Under the pieces are notes generated by a model. That model saw only the letters and a program-made list of their open reading frames with translations. It was not told the DNA's origin and ran no database searches. This document shows, one piece after another, positions 25,834-38,246 of a stretch of 64,000 nucleotides of DNA. The stretch spans positions 1 to 64,000 of the forward strand of contig MCFE01000121.1 in the NCBI GenBank assembly GCA_002104905.1. The letters are read 5' to 3'. The translations under genes were made by a program, and so were the position numbers. Numbering within the stretch: position 1 is the stretch's first letter; each line of letters starts with the position of its first letter. The stretch comes from Basidiobolus meristosporus CBS 931.73 (lineage: Eukaryota; Fungi; Basidiobolomycota).

Positions 25834-26036
25834 CCATCCGCCTTATCAGCCATCACCCATTGAAAACCATTCCCATCATTCAACTCCCAATAAAATCGAA
25901 TTGCCCATCGTGCAAGCAGCATAGTTCAAGTTGGAATTTGGAGAAACCATTTATTAGATTAAGCGGTGGCCAGCATGATTAGATGTGTATAGATATAAAT
26001 GTTGTAGGATGGGGATTTACCGATCTGATACATTGT

Positions 26037-26698
26037 CTAGAGTGCCATGTAGGAGAGGGCAGCCAAAACGATGGCAGAAGATCCCCATCCAGCAGCGTTA
26101 ATGGAGCCAGCGTTAGGCTTGTTTCCTTGGGAGGTGCTGCCACTACCAGTCCCAGTTTGGGTAGATTGAGCACCGCTGGTAGATCCGGTGGCAGATCCGG
26201 TGGCAGCAGGAGCAGCAGCGGTGTAGAGAGGAGTAGCATTCACATCAGAGACGTTGAGGTATGAAGGAGGGCTGTTGGGGGTTTTGCATTGGAACTTGGT
26301 GGTACAGGCAGAGTAGCATTGGTTAACAGTGTTATCCTTAGGGCACTTGGCATTACAGTCTCCCAATTTGCCTTCGCATTCGGCAACGACGACGGGCCAC
26401 AAGTAAGCGATTTGGTCGGGAACCTTGGTCTTGCAACCGCATCCCCAGCCCATAGTCTTGGGGTTGCAGAAATTCATGGGGGCCTGGTCCACACCACCGC
26501 AGTTGATGGTACAGAAGGCAGTCTGTCTGTTACAGATTTCACTACGGGAGGCCTCAGGGATGTCAAGGACGGACCAGTCCGCACCTACAATCGAGTCAGC
26601 ATCAATCAACAAAAGGCATCTCCGTCGAGCTTCTTACCAATAACACTTTGGGTGAAGGAAAGGGCAACAGCGAGGGTAGAGAGGGAAAGGAACTTCAT
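26037..26698 (-). CDS. Secreted, probably GPI-anchored Cys-rich cell-surface protein (1 intron, 26637-26585)
   Basis: Signal MKFLSLSTLAVALSFTQSVI; Cys-rich domain (CNRQTAFCTINC...CGC...CEGKLGDCNAKC...CYSAC); Ser/Thr/Gly stalk; hydrophobic C-terminus SSAIVLAALSYMAL. Confidence 0.85.
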
Positions 26699-26920
26699 TT
26701 TGAGAAAGACACTGATGTTGGCCGGGTCGCTGGCGGCTTGTATTTAAAGCACTCGGCGATCACAAGAAAAACGCACGCTAATGGTACACCAATTAATGTG
26801 GGTGATACTGCATTGAGACACCATCCTCAAAATGAACCCTAACCCTAGATCAGCCCCAATGAGAGCGGCCGCACGACTAAGCTTACTATCTTTTGAGATT
26901 GAAACATTTCTGAAGAGAAT

Positions 26921-26953
26921 AAATCAATACGAAATCAATACGAAATCAATACG
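26921..26953. repeat. 11-bp tandem repeat AAATCAATACG x3
   Basis: Three perfect adjacent copies, read directly. Confidence 0.95.
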
Positions 26954-27182
26954 AAAATGAGCTAGGACTGGTATTTTCTGGACACGATCTTCACTACTCC
27001 AGAACCAGATTGGTCCATGGGAGAGGGGAAATTTGCGTACCTCCCGAAGGATGATTGAATGAATGCACCATGAGATGGGTTGTGTAGCCAACGTTTAGGT
27101 GTTGATCAAGTGAACTGTGTAGCCACCATCGAGGTGCTGATTAAGTAGGATATTTATTGTGAATACATCGTCTAGACATTGT

Positions 27183-28100
27183 TTAAGAGATTCCACGCAC
27201 CGCGGTTGGTTTGGAGTTACTGTGGATCGGTACGTTCTTCGCGCGCTCGATTTTTTCCTGGATATTCTGCAGAAACTCGGGGCATCTGGCCTGGAAGGTC
27301 AGTTTGGTGGCCGCAACGGCGGTCTTTCGATAGAGGGCGGTCAACGCGGTGTTGACGTCGTACTCGAATCGGAGTTGGTTGAGCGGGGCGGCCTTGCTAC
27401 GGACACTACAATGGTTAATCAGCTCGCGTAACAAGGGACTATCCTGCAGGAATTCCAGGCTCACGGGGAGCGTGATCTCTATGCGCGAGGTCGTCCGGGC
27501 GGGGAACGTTAGCTGTGTAGGGATGGTATTGGCGAAGTCGGGCATTGTGTTGATGCCTGGCTTGAGCTGAACTTTGGTCTGGTGGAGAGACTCTTAGCTT
27601 GGGCATATGAACCAACAAATTCTCAGCATCCAAGTTACCTTTACATACACCTCCTCAGCTTGTGCAGCCACCCAGTTAGGGTTGTCAACTGATACCGAGA
27701 GCTTTGTCTCGAATTTCAGCATCCTGGCTGCGCCCCTCACCTCCCATCGGACCGTACCATTCGGGCTCCGTAGATCGATCTGACTCACCTCGGCAGTGAT
27801 CGTTCTAGGGCACAGGAAGAATAGGGACAATCCGGCCGCCAACACCAAGAACAATACGATAGATAATATTATGGCTAATCTCCGAGTGAAATACAGCTGG
27901 GAGCAGCAGCTTGGCGGGCTTCGGTAATGGACAAAGGGCTTCGGTTGGGACTTGGGCCGATAGGGAACATAATCCAGGATTGCCCGCTCCTTGTCGTAGC
28001 CATCGTCCTCCAGGGGAAAGCCAAAGTCATGAGAGAAGGAGTCCATGTCCTTCTTGGAGAACTTTGAGGCTTTCGTGAATTTCCCGGTTAAATCCTTCAT
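27183..28100 (-). CDS. Single-pass membrane protein with LEA_2-like beta-sandwich domain (1 intron)
   Basis: TM LAIILSIVLFLVLAAGLSLFFLCPR followed by LSVSVDNPNWV; the intron gtaact...ccaccag joins in frame to ORF 27183-27545. Confidence 0.75.
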
Positions 28101-28933
28101 CTTTTCAAACGACCAATTCTTGGTGTCCCCTCAATTTCACACACAAAAACAACCAAATAAGCAGGGAAAATTGTCACAAGGGAGGCGATACCCCGTAGTT
28201 ATGGAACAAAAATCTCTACTGACAGCCGAATGAAACGGGTTGGGCGCGGACGGGCCAGAGAACCAGCGTTATGTTGGTCTTTCTCGTGGAGGCCCGGCTT
28301 TGCTTTATACTGGCATTCATGTGGAGCCAGACAATCAACAATATGCATCCGCACAATGGCCAAAAGCTTATTTTGTCCTTGCATTGTGTGATTGTGCGGC
28401 CTTTTATAGATATTATGACTGGTGGCCCACGGTGTATGCTAAGCTAGGCGCTCTCGGAGGATTAGCACCACCTTGTCAGTGCTCATTTCAATCCATGCGC
28501 TCAGGTGGCTCGAAGGAAAATCGAAATGGAACAGGCACGCGCGTGAAATTTCAATTTTAGATCATCTGACGCGCACCATCATTCAATGGATATTAATACA
28601 TTCACAAATTGCCAGGATCGAAAGCAAAATCGAAATGTTAAACTCGTACAACTAGGAAGTAGACATTCATTTGGATGAGCGGACAATAGATCCATTTGAC
28701 TAGGCTGGAAATTGATTCGCTCCAGGTGGCCGATTCCTTTGAGTAAATTAAACCAATCATAGTATTATCGCTCAATGCCACTCAATTCCATGATCACATA
28801 TAAATTGAAGGTGACTTGTAAATGCGGATCCACGAATCCATCTTTCTCTTTTGTTCTTATTCCGTATTTGCCGTAGGCACATCCACACCCACTCCCACAT
28901 CCACTTCCACCATTTGTAAGTATTGTAGTGAAT

Positions 28934-29647
28934 ATGGTAACCCCTCGTACTTCTCGTACCTCCAAGACTCCCGAAAAGAAGGCCCCCACCAGCCCTACCA
29001 AGCCTAAACAGGCTAAGGTGGTGAAGAAATCTCCCACCGCTGCCAAAAAATCCGCCAGTGGAAATCCCACTTACAAGGAAATGATCACTGCGGCAATCGT
29101 GAATCTGAAGGAGCGGAACGGCTCCTCGCGTCAAGCAATCAAGAAGTACATCCAAGCCAACTACAAAGTTAGCGAGACCTTTGACAGCTTATTCAACCTC
29201 GCTATCAAGCGCGGTGTTGTTTCTGAAGACTTCACTCAACCCAAGGGCCCCTCCGGCCCTGTGAAGTTGGCTAAGAAGCCCACAGAATCCAAGCCAAAGG
29301 TCAAGGAAGCAAAGCCCAAGGCCAAGCCTGTTGAGAAGAAGGAAGTGAAGGCAGCTGCCAAGCCCAAGAAGACTACCGCCACAAAGAAGGCCGCCAAGCC
29401 CAAGGAATCCAAGGCTAAGGAGTCTAAGCCTAAGGAAACCAAAGCCAAGGAGACCAAGTCTAAGGAGGTAAAGGCCAAGGAGACCAAAACCAAAGAGGCC
29501 AAGCCCAAGGACGCTGCCAAGTCAGCAAAGAAATCAGCCGCCAAGCCTGCAGCTACCAAGGCCAAGGCAGCCTCCACTGCCACAAAGAAGCGCGCCGCCC
29601 CTAAGAAGGCCCCATCCCCAGCTGCCAAGAAGGCCAAGAGTAAATAA
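28934..29647 (+). CDS. HHO1: Linker histone H1
   Basis: Globular H15 domain [29 protein letters not shown]...[11 protein letters not shown]; K/A/P-rich tails; ATG in strong context aatATGG. Exact N-terminus uncertain. Confidence 0.95.
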   Translation: MVTPRTSRTSKTPEKKAPTSPTKPKQAKVVKKSPTAAKKSASGNPTYKEMITAAIVNLKERNGSSRQAIKKYIQANYKVSETFDSLFNLAIKRGVVSEDFTQPKGPSGPVKLAKKPTESKPKVKEAKPKAKPVEKKEVKAAAKPKKTTATKKAAKPKESKAKESKPKETKAKETKSKEVKAKETKTKEAKPKDAAKSAKKSAAKPAATKAKAASTATKKRAAPKKAPSPAAKKAKSK

Positions 29648-30143
29648 TCCAGTAGACTGTTGATTATCTGGCTCATAATCTCTTTGTTTCCAACAGTTGA
29701 TGTTAAACCTGAGTTATATTCCCTTAGTTTGTGTGTATATAATTTCTTCATATCCTTCTTTTGTCCTCATTCATTATTTTGTGGTAACCTTTTTCGCTTC
29801 TCGCTTATTAATAATAAATAAATTAAAGTGAAACTCTCTTGGATATCGCAATCCCCAGTTTGTGTTGAGTGCGCGAACGTCGCGAGTAGCCATCACCGGG
29901 ATGTCACGCGATCAACCGGTTTTAGTGCGCATACACACCATTGGTGAGCGATAGTTAATGAAGGTGCAGGGGGTGTCGGTAGCTGGAGCAGCAAGGGATA
30001 AATATGGCGCGCGTGGGATGGTCGTTGATTTACGCGGTGTTAGATGGCTGGTGCATAATCACTTTATTGATTGGTGGGTGTGGGGGGCTGATTTATACTA
30101 GACTACAAAACGGAGCAAAATAGAGTGGATTCTGGGAATCTTC

Positions 30144-31890
30144 CTAGAGGGCGAATCCAACACCAATGGATTTGATGATGCTATACTCATAGATCGACTC
30201 CACTCCCAGGTCTTTTCCAAATCCGCTGCATTTCATGCCGCCAAATGGCATGTAATATGGATTGAAGTTGTACGTATTATGCCACACTAGGCCAAATTGC
30301 ATTTCCCTATACATGCGCTCCGCGATTTTTTGTTCCTTGGTCCAGAACCCACAACCCAGTCCATATTCGGTGTTGTTCACTCCACGGAGAACCTCGTCGA
30401 TGCTCTCGAACCTGGCATGTGGATAAGTATTTTCCTTGTGCTGCATCAAAAATCGCCTTTCACTTACGGTTCCATAACACACAGGACTGGCCCAAAGATC
30501 TCCTCCTTGAAGAGCTTCGACGTTTCAGGCACGTTGATGAAGATGGTGGGTGGGATGAAGAATCCCTTGTTCTCCACCACTTTGCCACCAATCAGGGCCT
30601 CCAATTTCTCGACGTTGACCGCGTGCTCAAGGAATCCCTTGACTTTCTGGTACTGTCTGCGGAAGGCGACTGGGCCAAGCTTGACATCGGGGTCCTCGCA
30701 AGGGTTGCCGACCTTGAGGGTGGGCTCCTTAGCCTTGAGTTTTTCAAGGAAGGTCTTGTGGATGGACTTGTGCAGGTACAGTCGGGTAGCGGCGCAGCAA
30801 TTCTGCCCGACTGTGGCATAGGCACCGTTCCACACATCGTTCACCGCCTTGTCGATGTCCGCGTCCTCAAAAACCACCAGGGGCGACTTGCCGCCAAGTT
30901 CGAGTTTGACCTTTTTCAGGTTGGATTCCGAGGAAGCTTTCATGATGGCTCGCCCGGTGTTGGTTGACCCCGTGAAGGAGATTAAACTAACCTGCGGAAG
31001 TTGTTTAGCATTTTGACTAACCGGCTTCGTTTGGATGGCGTACCTCTTCATGTCTGGACAAGGCGTCGCCGGCAATGCTGCCCCAGCCAGAGATGATGTT
31101 CACCACCCCCGGGGGGAATCCAGCCTCTTTGATTAGGGATCCAAGGTGTAGACAGCTGAGGGGAGCTACCTCGGAGGGCTTAAGGACAATGCAGTTTCCG
31201 GCGGCGAGGGCTGGCGCAAGCTTCCAGACTGCCATCAAGAGAGGGTACTGGATACAAACAAGTTAGCCACTGCATTATAGCCTGGACATGCCATGGTATA
31301 CTCACGTTCCATGGCGTAATCAAGCCTACTACGCCAGCCGGATATATACGGGTTTGTGCGCTGACCATATGGTCATCAAAATTGGCGGGTGGGTATGTTT
31401 TGCCATAGATCTTGTCGGTGTAGCCTGAGAGAACCAATGGTGAGTAGACTTTCACTCACTACAACCACAGGCACAGACGAGTACCTGCGTAGAAACGGAA
31501 GCATCTGGCACTTTCCTCGACATCCTCCCTGGCCTCAGCTTGATGTTTACCAACGTTGATGGTCTCCATCTTTGCCAAGAGATCGGTATCCCGCTCCACT
31601 AAATCGGCCAGCTTCAGCAACAATTTGCTGCGGGTCTCAGTGTCGATTTTCCCCCAGCCATTTTTGTAGAATGCCGCTTTGGCGGCCTGGACCGCTTTAT
31701 CCACGTCTTCGGCTGAGGCGGCTGCGACATTGGCAATAAGCGTTTCGTCGGAGGGGTTGACCACGGCGATCAGGGGGTTGTCGGAGGATGGCTCCTCGGC
31801 AGCCTGGGACGATTGCTTTACCGAATCAACGAACTCGTTGTTGATAAAGAGCTGAGTATACTTGATATCGATAGGGGAGGTGCTAGGCAT
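30144..31890 (-). CDS. NAD(P)+-dependent aldehyde dehydrogenase, ALDH1/2-like (5 exons)
   Basis: [37 protein letters not shown], catalytic [28 protein letters not shown]; four GT-AG introns restore frame. Confidence 0.95.
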
Positions 31891-32264
31891 TTTATGAATT
31901 AGACTTTCAGCGGAGGCGAAGCTCAGTATATATATAGCCTCGATACTTGCCATATAGAGGCGATTGTCGTCAGTGAGAGTGCGCTTGATTGGTGTAGCTC
32001 AGGATTTCCAATACTCACGATAGAATTCGTCATTGCGTCTGAGGCAATCTGGCGTATGCCATTCCTGATTGCCCTTCCTGATTGCCTAACCCACCCTCAT
32101 CAATGCTACTTAAATCCGTGTAATACGCTCAGAATCAGGGCTAGGGTTAGGGCTGGGATTAGGATCGGAATGCCGCTGATCTCACCTAGCCCTAGAATTA
32201 AATCATTGAGTGGTCAAAATCGACGCATTTTAAGCAAGTCAAGGTGAAGTGAGAATACAAAATC

Positions 32265-32277
32265 TGACGTGACGTAA
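32265..32277 (+). promoter_or_regulatory. Tandem ATF/CREB-like sites (TGACGTGACGTAA) in the ALDH/SHP1 divergent promoter
   Basis: Two overlapping TGACGT cores ~115 bp upstream of the SHP1 ATG; function inferred only. Confidence 0.35.
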
Positions 32278-32391
32278 GGATAATGATATTGTGCGCTGAG
32301 AGGAGTTGACGCTTCCAAAAGATCCACCTGCGTTAGCTGACCTCTCATATATTTCTTTCCTTACCAGTATTATACATATATCTTAATAAGA

Positions 32392-33528
32392 ATGGCCGAT
32401 CAGGACCAACTTATCGCACAGTTCAACAGCATCACAGGAAGTGATGTGCAGAACGCCAAATTTTTCCTTGAAGCCAATAACTGGGACGTTAATGCGGCGG
32501 TCAGCAATTTCTTTGAATCAGGCGAACCAAATGTCGCCTCCAATTCCCCCAGTGAGCCTCCACAGCCACAGCCACAGACACAGCCCTCAGTGACTACCTC
32601 GCGACCAACCAGGGCTTCAGGCATCGCTACTTTCCACGATCTTGAAAAAGAGGATTCAGACGAGGAGAAGCAAAGCTACTTTACTGGTGGAGAGAAGTCC
32701 GGCATGTTGGTGCAGGATCCCAACTTGAAAAAAGAGAAATCAAACGCACTGGTCGATGACATCTTAAAAAAGGCTGCCGAGGGCGGAGAAAGTTACCCGC
32801 CTTGGGAGGAGGAGGAGGAGGCCCCAAGTCAACCACATTTCTTCACTGGTGCCGGTCGTTCTCTTGGTGGCCCGAGTGGTGATGCTTCCACAACTCAACC
32901 ATCCAGCTCACGACCCGCCAATTCCGCCACAGACAACACCCCTGTTGTGCGAAACTTGACCTTCTGGAGAAATGGGTTTAATATTGATGACGAGCCGCTC
33001 AGGAGCTACGACGAGCCAGAGAATCAAGAGTTCCTGCAAGCCATCAACCGTGGCCAGGCGCCTCTGTCGCATCTGAATGTTCGCCCTGGTCAACCAGTGG
33101 ATTTGCGGGTTGCCAAAAGACTGGACGAAGACTATATTCCTCCGCCAAAGGTGTTGAAGCCATTCAGTGGCTCTGGACAGAGGTTGGGCGGCGTTGCGCC
33201 TGCGATAACTTCCTACAAAACCCCAGGGGCATTCCCAGAGTCGGATCAGCCACCAGCTCAGGTAGAGGAAGAGGTTAAGGTGGACGAAAGCCAGCCTGTA
33301 ACTTCCATCCAGATTCGTTTGGCTGATGGAAGTCGACTTGTCGGCAAGTTCAACCACAGCCACACAGTTGGAGATATTCGTCGCTTCATCAACTCCTCCA
33401 GACCCTCCGACATTGGCCGCGATTACACTCTCCAGACCTCGTTCCCCGTGCAGCGTCTGACCGATGATTCCGCCACTTTGGAGCAAGCATCACTGCTTAA
33501 TTCAGTTGTTATGCAACGTTATGCCTAA
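32392..33528 (+). CDS. SHP1: Shp1/Ubx1/p47 Cdc48 cofactor (UBA-SEP-UBX), single exon
   Basis: UBA (LIAQFNSITG...FFLEANNWDV), YFTGGEKSG, SEP (LTFWRNGFNIDD), SHP box FSGSGQRLG, UBX (IQIRLADG...FNHSHTVGDI...TSFPV). Confidence 0.96.
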   Translation: MADQDQLIAQFNSITGSDVQNAKFFLEANNWDVNAAVSNFFESGEPNVASNSPSEPPQPQPQTQPSVTTSRPTRASGIATFHDLEKEDSDEEKQSYFTGGEKSGMLVQDPNLKKEKSNALVDDILKKAAEGGESYPPWEEEEEAPSQPHFFTGAGRSLGGPSGDASTTQPSSSRPANSATDNTPVVRNLTFWRNGFNIDDEPLRSYDEPENQEFLQAINRGQAPLSHLNVRPGQPVDLRVAKRLDEDYIPPPKVLKPFSGSGQRLGGVAPAITSYKTPGAFPESDQPPAQVEEEVKVDESQPVTSIQIRLADGSRLVGKFNHSHTVGDIRRFINSSRPSDIGRDYTLQTSFPVQRLTDDSATLEQASLLNSVVMQRYA

Positions 33529-33979
33529 ATCGATTCAATCAACAGAATAAAAATTTATCTACATTTACAAGGCGGATCATGTTCGCGGATATTTTCCCGT
33601 TATATTATCGTAATCGGACATATGGATGAAATATCTGGGATGATTGTTGGGCGTAATAGGATGGTAAAAGCCAAGCATTGTTCACCTACCAATTTGTGGC
33701 TAATTTACCCAACCAGCTATCATATCGACGAACATCCATATTACAGGCATTCTGCATTTGTGAATATTGTGGGTAACCGAAGTGGCGATTAATTGAAACG
33801 GCATAGCCTCACTAAATGAGATAACCCTTTCTAGCTCTTTGACTAGTCTATAATACAATACTCAGTAACCACTAGTACGTAAGTTTCTGACATCTAGTAT
33901 CGCACGCAACTCTGCGTACTTGGTTCTTTGCTGATCTTATCAACCGCATACACACACAGCTTCTCTTGGCTCTTCCACA

Positions 33980-36900
33980 ATGCCTGGGGATCCTTCCTCA
34001 CACTCCCCGAGATTGGTTTCATCAAGCATCAACAGCAATAAATCATATAGAAACTCTATGCAAAAGTCGTTCGCCGGTACGTTCACACACCATTTTACCA
34101 ACTGAGAGTCCCATAAGGAAACGCTCCAAGCTTATTCTCCTGAGCAACGCTTAGATGGGCCAACGTTTCCTTTGGCTTACCTCCATTCAGCCCCCCCACC
34201 AATCCTTCCCCTCGCCGCTGGATATCCACTTTGTTAACGCCTTTGCCAACGAAACCCCTAGGTTCACGTGCCCAACAGAATAGAGCTCGCCTTGAAACTT
34301 CAAAGATATCCGGTCCGAAACCTTTGAATTTACCAAGCCTTCGTCGTGAGCATGCAACCGCACCCACGGTTCTGTCGGGTAGTTCTTGGCGGACGACACA
34401 TAGCGATTACAACCGGCAGGATCCTTCCCCCAGGACGGCCCCTTCTAACGATCCGAAGCACAGCACTCCAGTCACGAACATAAGAGCCTGGTCGAGTATA
34501 GTTCAGGTTCCTAGCAACACTATAACCGACGACGACTCTAGCCAAACCGCTGCTTTCAAACCAGGTAATGGAGGGTTTTCTCGACGACATTCACGGTGCC
34601 TCCGTTGACTAACTTGGCTTGCCTTTGATTTGAACGGAAATAGGGGACTCGCATGAGAAGGTAAGGGCACTAGTTTGGATAGCCTTAGGACGCGGAGAAT
34701 ATTCCTAGTCGACTTTGAAGATTTTCAGCACCGGGACCTCACGCTAATCCCTTCTTTTGCGTAGGGAGATGGGCTGGCCAAGTCGGACGATGAGGATAAA
34801 GGAGAAGAAAGAAACTGGGACGAGGTAATCTCTATTGCGCGTTCAGCGCGGTGAAAATATTGACATGAGCTGATATTTTGTGGTCGAACTTAGATGTCAG
34901 ATGAGAGTATTGACTTTTCAGTGGACGTTTTAGAATTCGCCGATGGCACTGTCAAGATTGATAAGATGGGGGAGGACAAAGTACCCAGCGATCCTTGGAA
35001 GCGACCGGTTAGCTCAAACCTTCCTCTCGACAACAGTACACCTCCACCACCACCACCGCCGCTACCACCATCTAACACATCGGAGGCCAAATCAAGGCCC
35101 AAACCTTCTTCCCCCGCTGTACTTGAGCCTCTTTCACCATTTGCTACGGATGCCGCACCGGCGACGGATCCCCACGAGAGCATCAACAAATCGCCAAATG
35201 ATCCAGGCTCAAACCATCCTAAGGAAACTCTCGACCACAATCACAGCGCGCTACCCAACGGAACCACGAGGAACGACTGGGCAGAAAAAGCAATGGCTTG
35301 CGCGGAGGACGGGAGCAAGAATCCATCTAAAGAGCTCTCATGGCGACGCCGGGCCCCTGTAGACAAATGCCCAGTCAGCCCCGAGAAGTTCGAGAATCAG
35401 TATCCGCATCGGTCAATCCATCCAGGAGAACATCATGGTGGATTGGACTGGAGATCATCATACGCGAACGGGAAGTCACGAATTGCTGGGCAGAATGCAC
35501 GCGGCCGAGATGATTTTGATAGATCGGAGTGTGATTCCAAGCGGGATGACAGGTGGGCGCATCAGTCGGAGGAGAACGATCAGGACCTTGATAAACGAGA
35601 GAACTGCGAACCGAAGGACCGTATGAAGTATTTCCAGGGGGAGAATCGTCGCACACCGAGGTTCAACCCAACCTTCGAAAAGAAAGGCCCCAGCATCTCC
35701 GACATCGACAAGATCATGTCCTCCATAAAACGCGAGCTATCCGCCAAGGGGACCTCCATTGAAGAAATGAAGTCCCGAGGGCCAAATGCCTCCAGCGAAC
35801 CCAATGAAAAGGAGAGAAGGAATTCTCAGGAAGTGGGGGAGGATCGGGAGTTGAGCGAGAGGCAGGAGTTGCTGGACGGTGGAGAGCCCGCGCTTTCTCC
35901 AGACCGCAAAGACTCCTCCTATTCGAGCCCACTTGTTGCTCAGAAGCCTCCCTCTTCACTACACTCCAACTCCACCCACATATCGAAAGTGTCGAGTGCT
36001 GAGCAAGTTGCTACGGGATGCGTGAGTAATTCGCGATCAAGCCCACCCGAACCCTCTCAAGATAAGAGTCGCAGCTGGGATACCGACAAATTAGCCCCAA
36101 AGCCCTTCCATGAGAACGGCCCCAACACAAACACAAACTCCGTTCCAGAGGCAGCTTCTCTCCATTCACAGGACAAACCCAAGAGAACCACAAGCGCCGA
36201 TCTCTCCCCAGGGCAGGCGTACTCGAGCAGCAACCGTCCCCGCAACGAGTCCTCATTCTTTTCCGGGAAACACGGCGTTGACGAGACGCTCAGCTCGACA
36301 GACGAGCCGGTGGACCCGTCGCTACTGCACCGTAAGGACGCCGCGAAGAACTGGATAGGGAAGGAAAGGAAGCTGCAGTTCTATTCCAACCGGTCAGATT
36401 CCTCCATCGAGATCGATCACAGTGCCCCGTTTACGTTTGGGAAGAAATACCTGTTTTCAAGCTCCCAGGATGAAGAGGTGTTGGGAGGCAAGAGCAAAGG
36501 TGCGTAGTACATGCTTATTAGCTGCAGCCAGCGCGCTGACATTGGTGACATTTGTGTAGCCTCGAAGCCTAGTCCGATCGGGGAGAAGAGGGGGGTGCTC
36601 GCGTTTGGAATCGATCTTGCCGAAGGTATTTACCACCACGACTGCAAACATGCGCATCACCCATCTAACCATCCGGTTTAGGCAGATCCCCCATCGCGTT
36701 CTTGGAGAAAGGAGAAGATAAGCAGCCATCCAAAGGTTAGTCACCTCCCTTCCTTCCCGTTTAAGATGCCAACCATCTGGGTAGTTTGGTGGATCCGAAT
36801 TTAACCGTCCTCTGTGTTGCATTACAATCAGCGGGCAAGAAGCACAGCACCTTCAACCAGTCGTGCAACGTGTTTCCAAAGGAATTCGAATCGATTGCTG

Positions 36901-38246
36901 GCAAATTGGGAAGTGTCGGATTCATGGTAGCTAGTGAAATCATCGACGACGCCGAGAAGCGCCCGACCGGTGACAAGGAAGGCCCCGGCAGCCCAAATGG
37001 CCAACAGGCAACGAAGCCATCCGGTAAATCGGAGGTATGCCTGCATAGAAGCGATCCTACGGAGGGTTTTACTAACCATGCTTCCCACCACAGGCTCGCT
37101 CCACTGGTGGCCCATCCGAATCTCGAATCGCGAGTTGGTCTCGTCCATCGAAAAACGACCATAGAAAAGCCTCTGCCGGCGGCCCCCTGCAAGACACACC
37201 CAAGGCTGCCTGGACAAACGAAAAGCCCATTTCGCTGGAGAACTCGAATCACTCGGATGCTGTCAACACCGGCTCTGACGACCCCAACAACACCAAGTCC
37301 TCAAAAGCGTCCCCTCCCCTCAAGGGTCGAGGTAATTCCGGTCCATCCTAAGGTTTCCCCACCTGCACCCTAACCCCCTCATCCGCCAGATCTAGGATAC
37401 ACCGCCTTCTCAAAAGCACCTCCCGGGAAGTCGAACTTCATGTACACTCCTCTCCCGCAAGAAATGGGCTCTCCAACGCTGTGGGTGAAGCCACACCCAG
37501 GCCTCAGAATGGCTCAAGGGGAGCCAGGTAGTATGGGAATGTCTCAGGTCCCCATGCTCCCGCCGTTGATGGATCCCTCGCAGGCGATGCCCCCTAGATC
37601 CCCGCAACAGCCGGTCAACACACAATACGTCCAATTCGTACCTCTAGCCATGCCGCCCCACCAGTTCATGCCGCCCTACGCAAACATGCCTCTTGCGCCA
37701 TATCCACAAATGAACATGACCATGGACGAGATGAACCAGGCTGGTTGGGTGATGCAGCCGGCCCCCATGGGCCAGTATCACTCCATGCCCAACAACCCGA
37801 ACTACCAGTACTCCAAGAGGGGTCACCACCACCACCATGAACGTTCACCCCAACAATCATTCCAACGAACCCCGCCCTACCAGAACCAGAACCAAAACCA
37901 GCACCGACCGCCAGCCCAAAACTTCCCGTACTCCCAACAGCCCCCGTACTCATCGAAACTCTCCGACCCCATCAACGCTTCGCCCCGTCTACCCAACACG
38001 AATATCCCCCCGCAGTTCCAGCGCCAGGCTGGCCTGATGACCTCCAACGCCCCACCCAACTACTCAATGTACAAGGGCGAGATGGACGGGATCCCGAGAA
38101 ACCCAAACCAAAGCCACCCACGCCACCTGAACCAGCGGGGTCGTGGGGCGCACGCCTGGTCCGGGATGAACCAGCGGCCGGGCAACGCGAACTACCCCAC
38201 GGGATTCGTTTCCAGCCATCGAGGAAATAGTCGCAACATGTACTAG
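33980..38246 (+). CDS. Large low-complexity PRRC2/BAT2-like protein (multi-exon; some junctions unresolved)
   Basis: BAT2_N-like PKPLNLPSLRREH and WDEMSDESIDFSVDVLEFADG (resembles the PRRC2 W...EEVDY..KLKFSD motif); Pro/Gln/Met-rich C-terminus. The first intron acceptor could not be resolved cleanly. Confidence 0.65.

Noticed and set aside
26289-26747. 152-aa plus-strand ORF
   Set aside because: Antisense to the GPI-anchored protein gene.
28240-28560. 106-aa ORF between LEA_2 and H1
   Set aside because: Non-ATG start, promoter context, no domain features.
29236-29751. 171-aa hydrophobic ORF antisense to histone H1
   Set aside because: Mirror of the Lys/Ala codon-biased H1 tail; no independent motifs.
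29860-30060. GC-rich structured-looking intergenic segment as a tRNA or other ncRNA
   Set aside because: No cloverleaf, A/B boxes or C/D motifs could be assembled.
30297-30967. Two long plus-strand ORFs
   Set aside because: Antisense shadows of the GC-rich ALDH exon.
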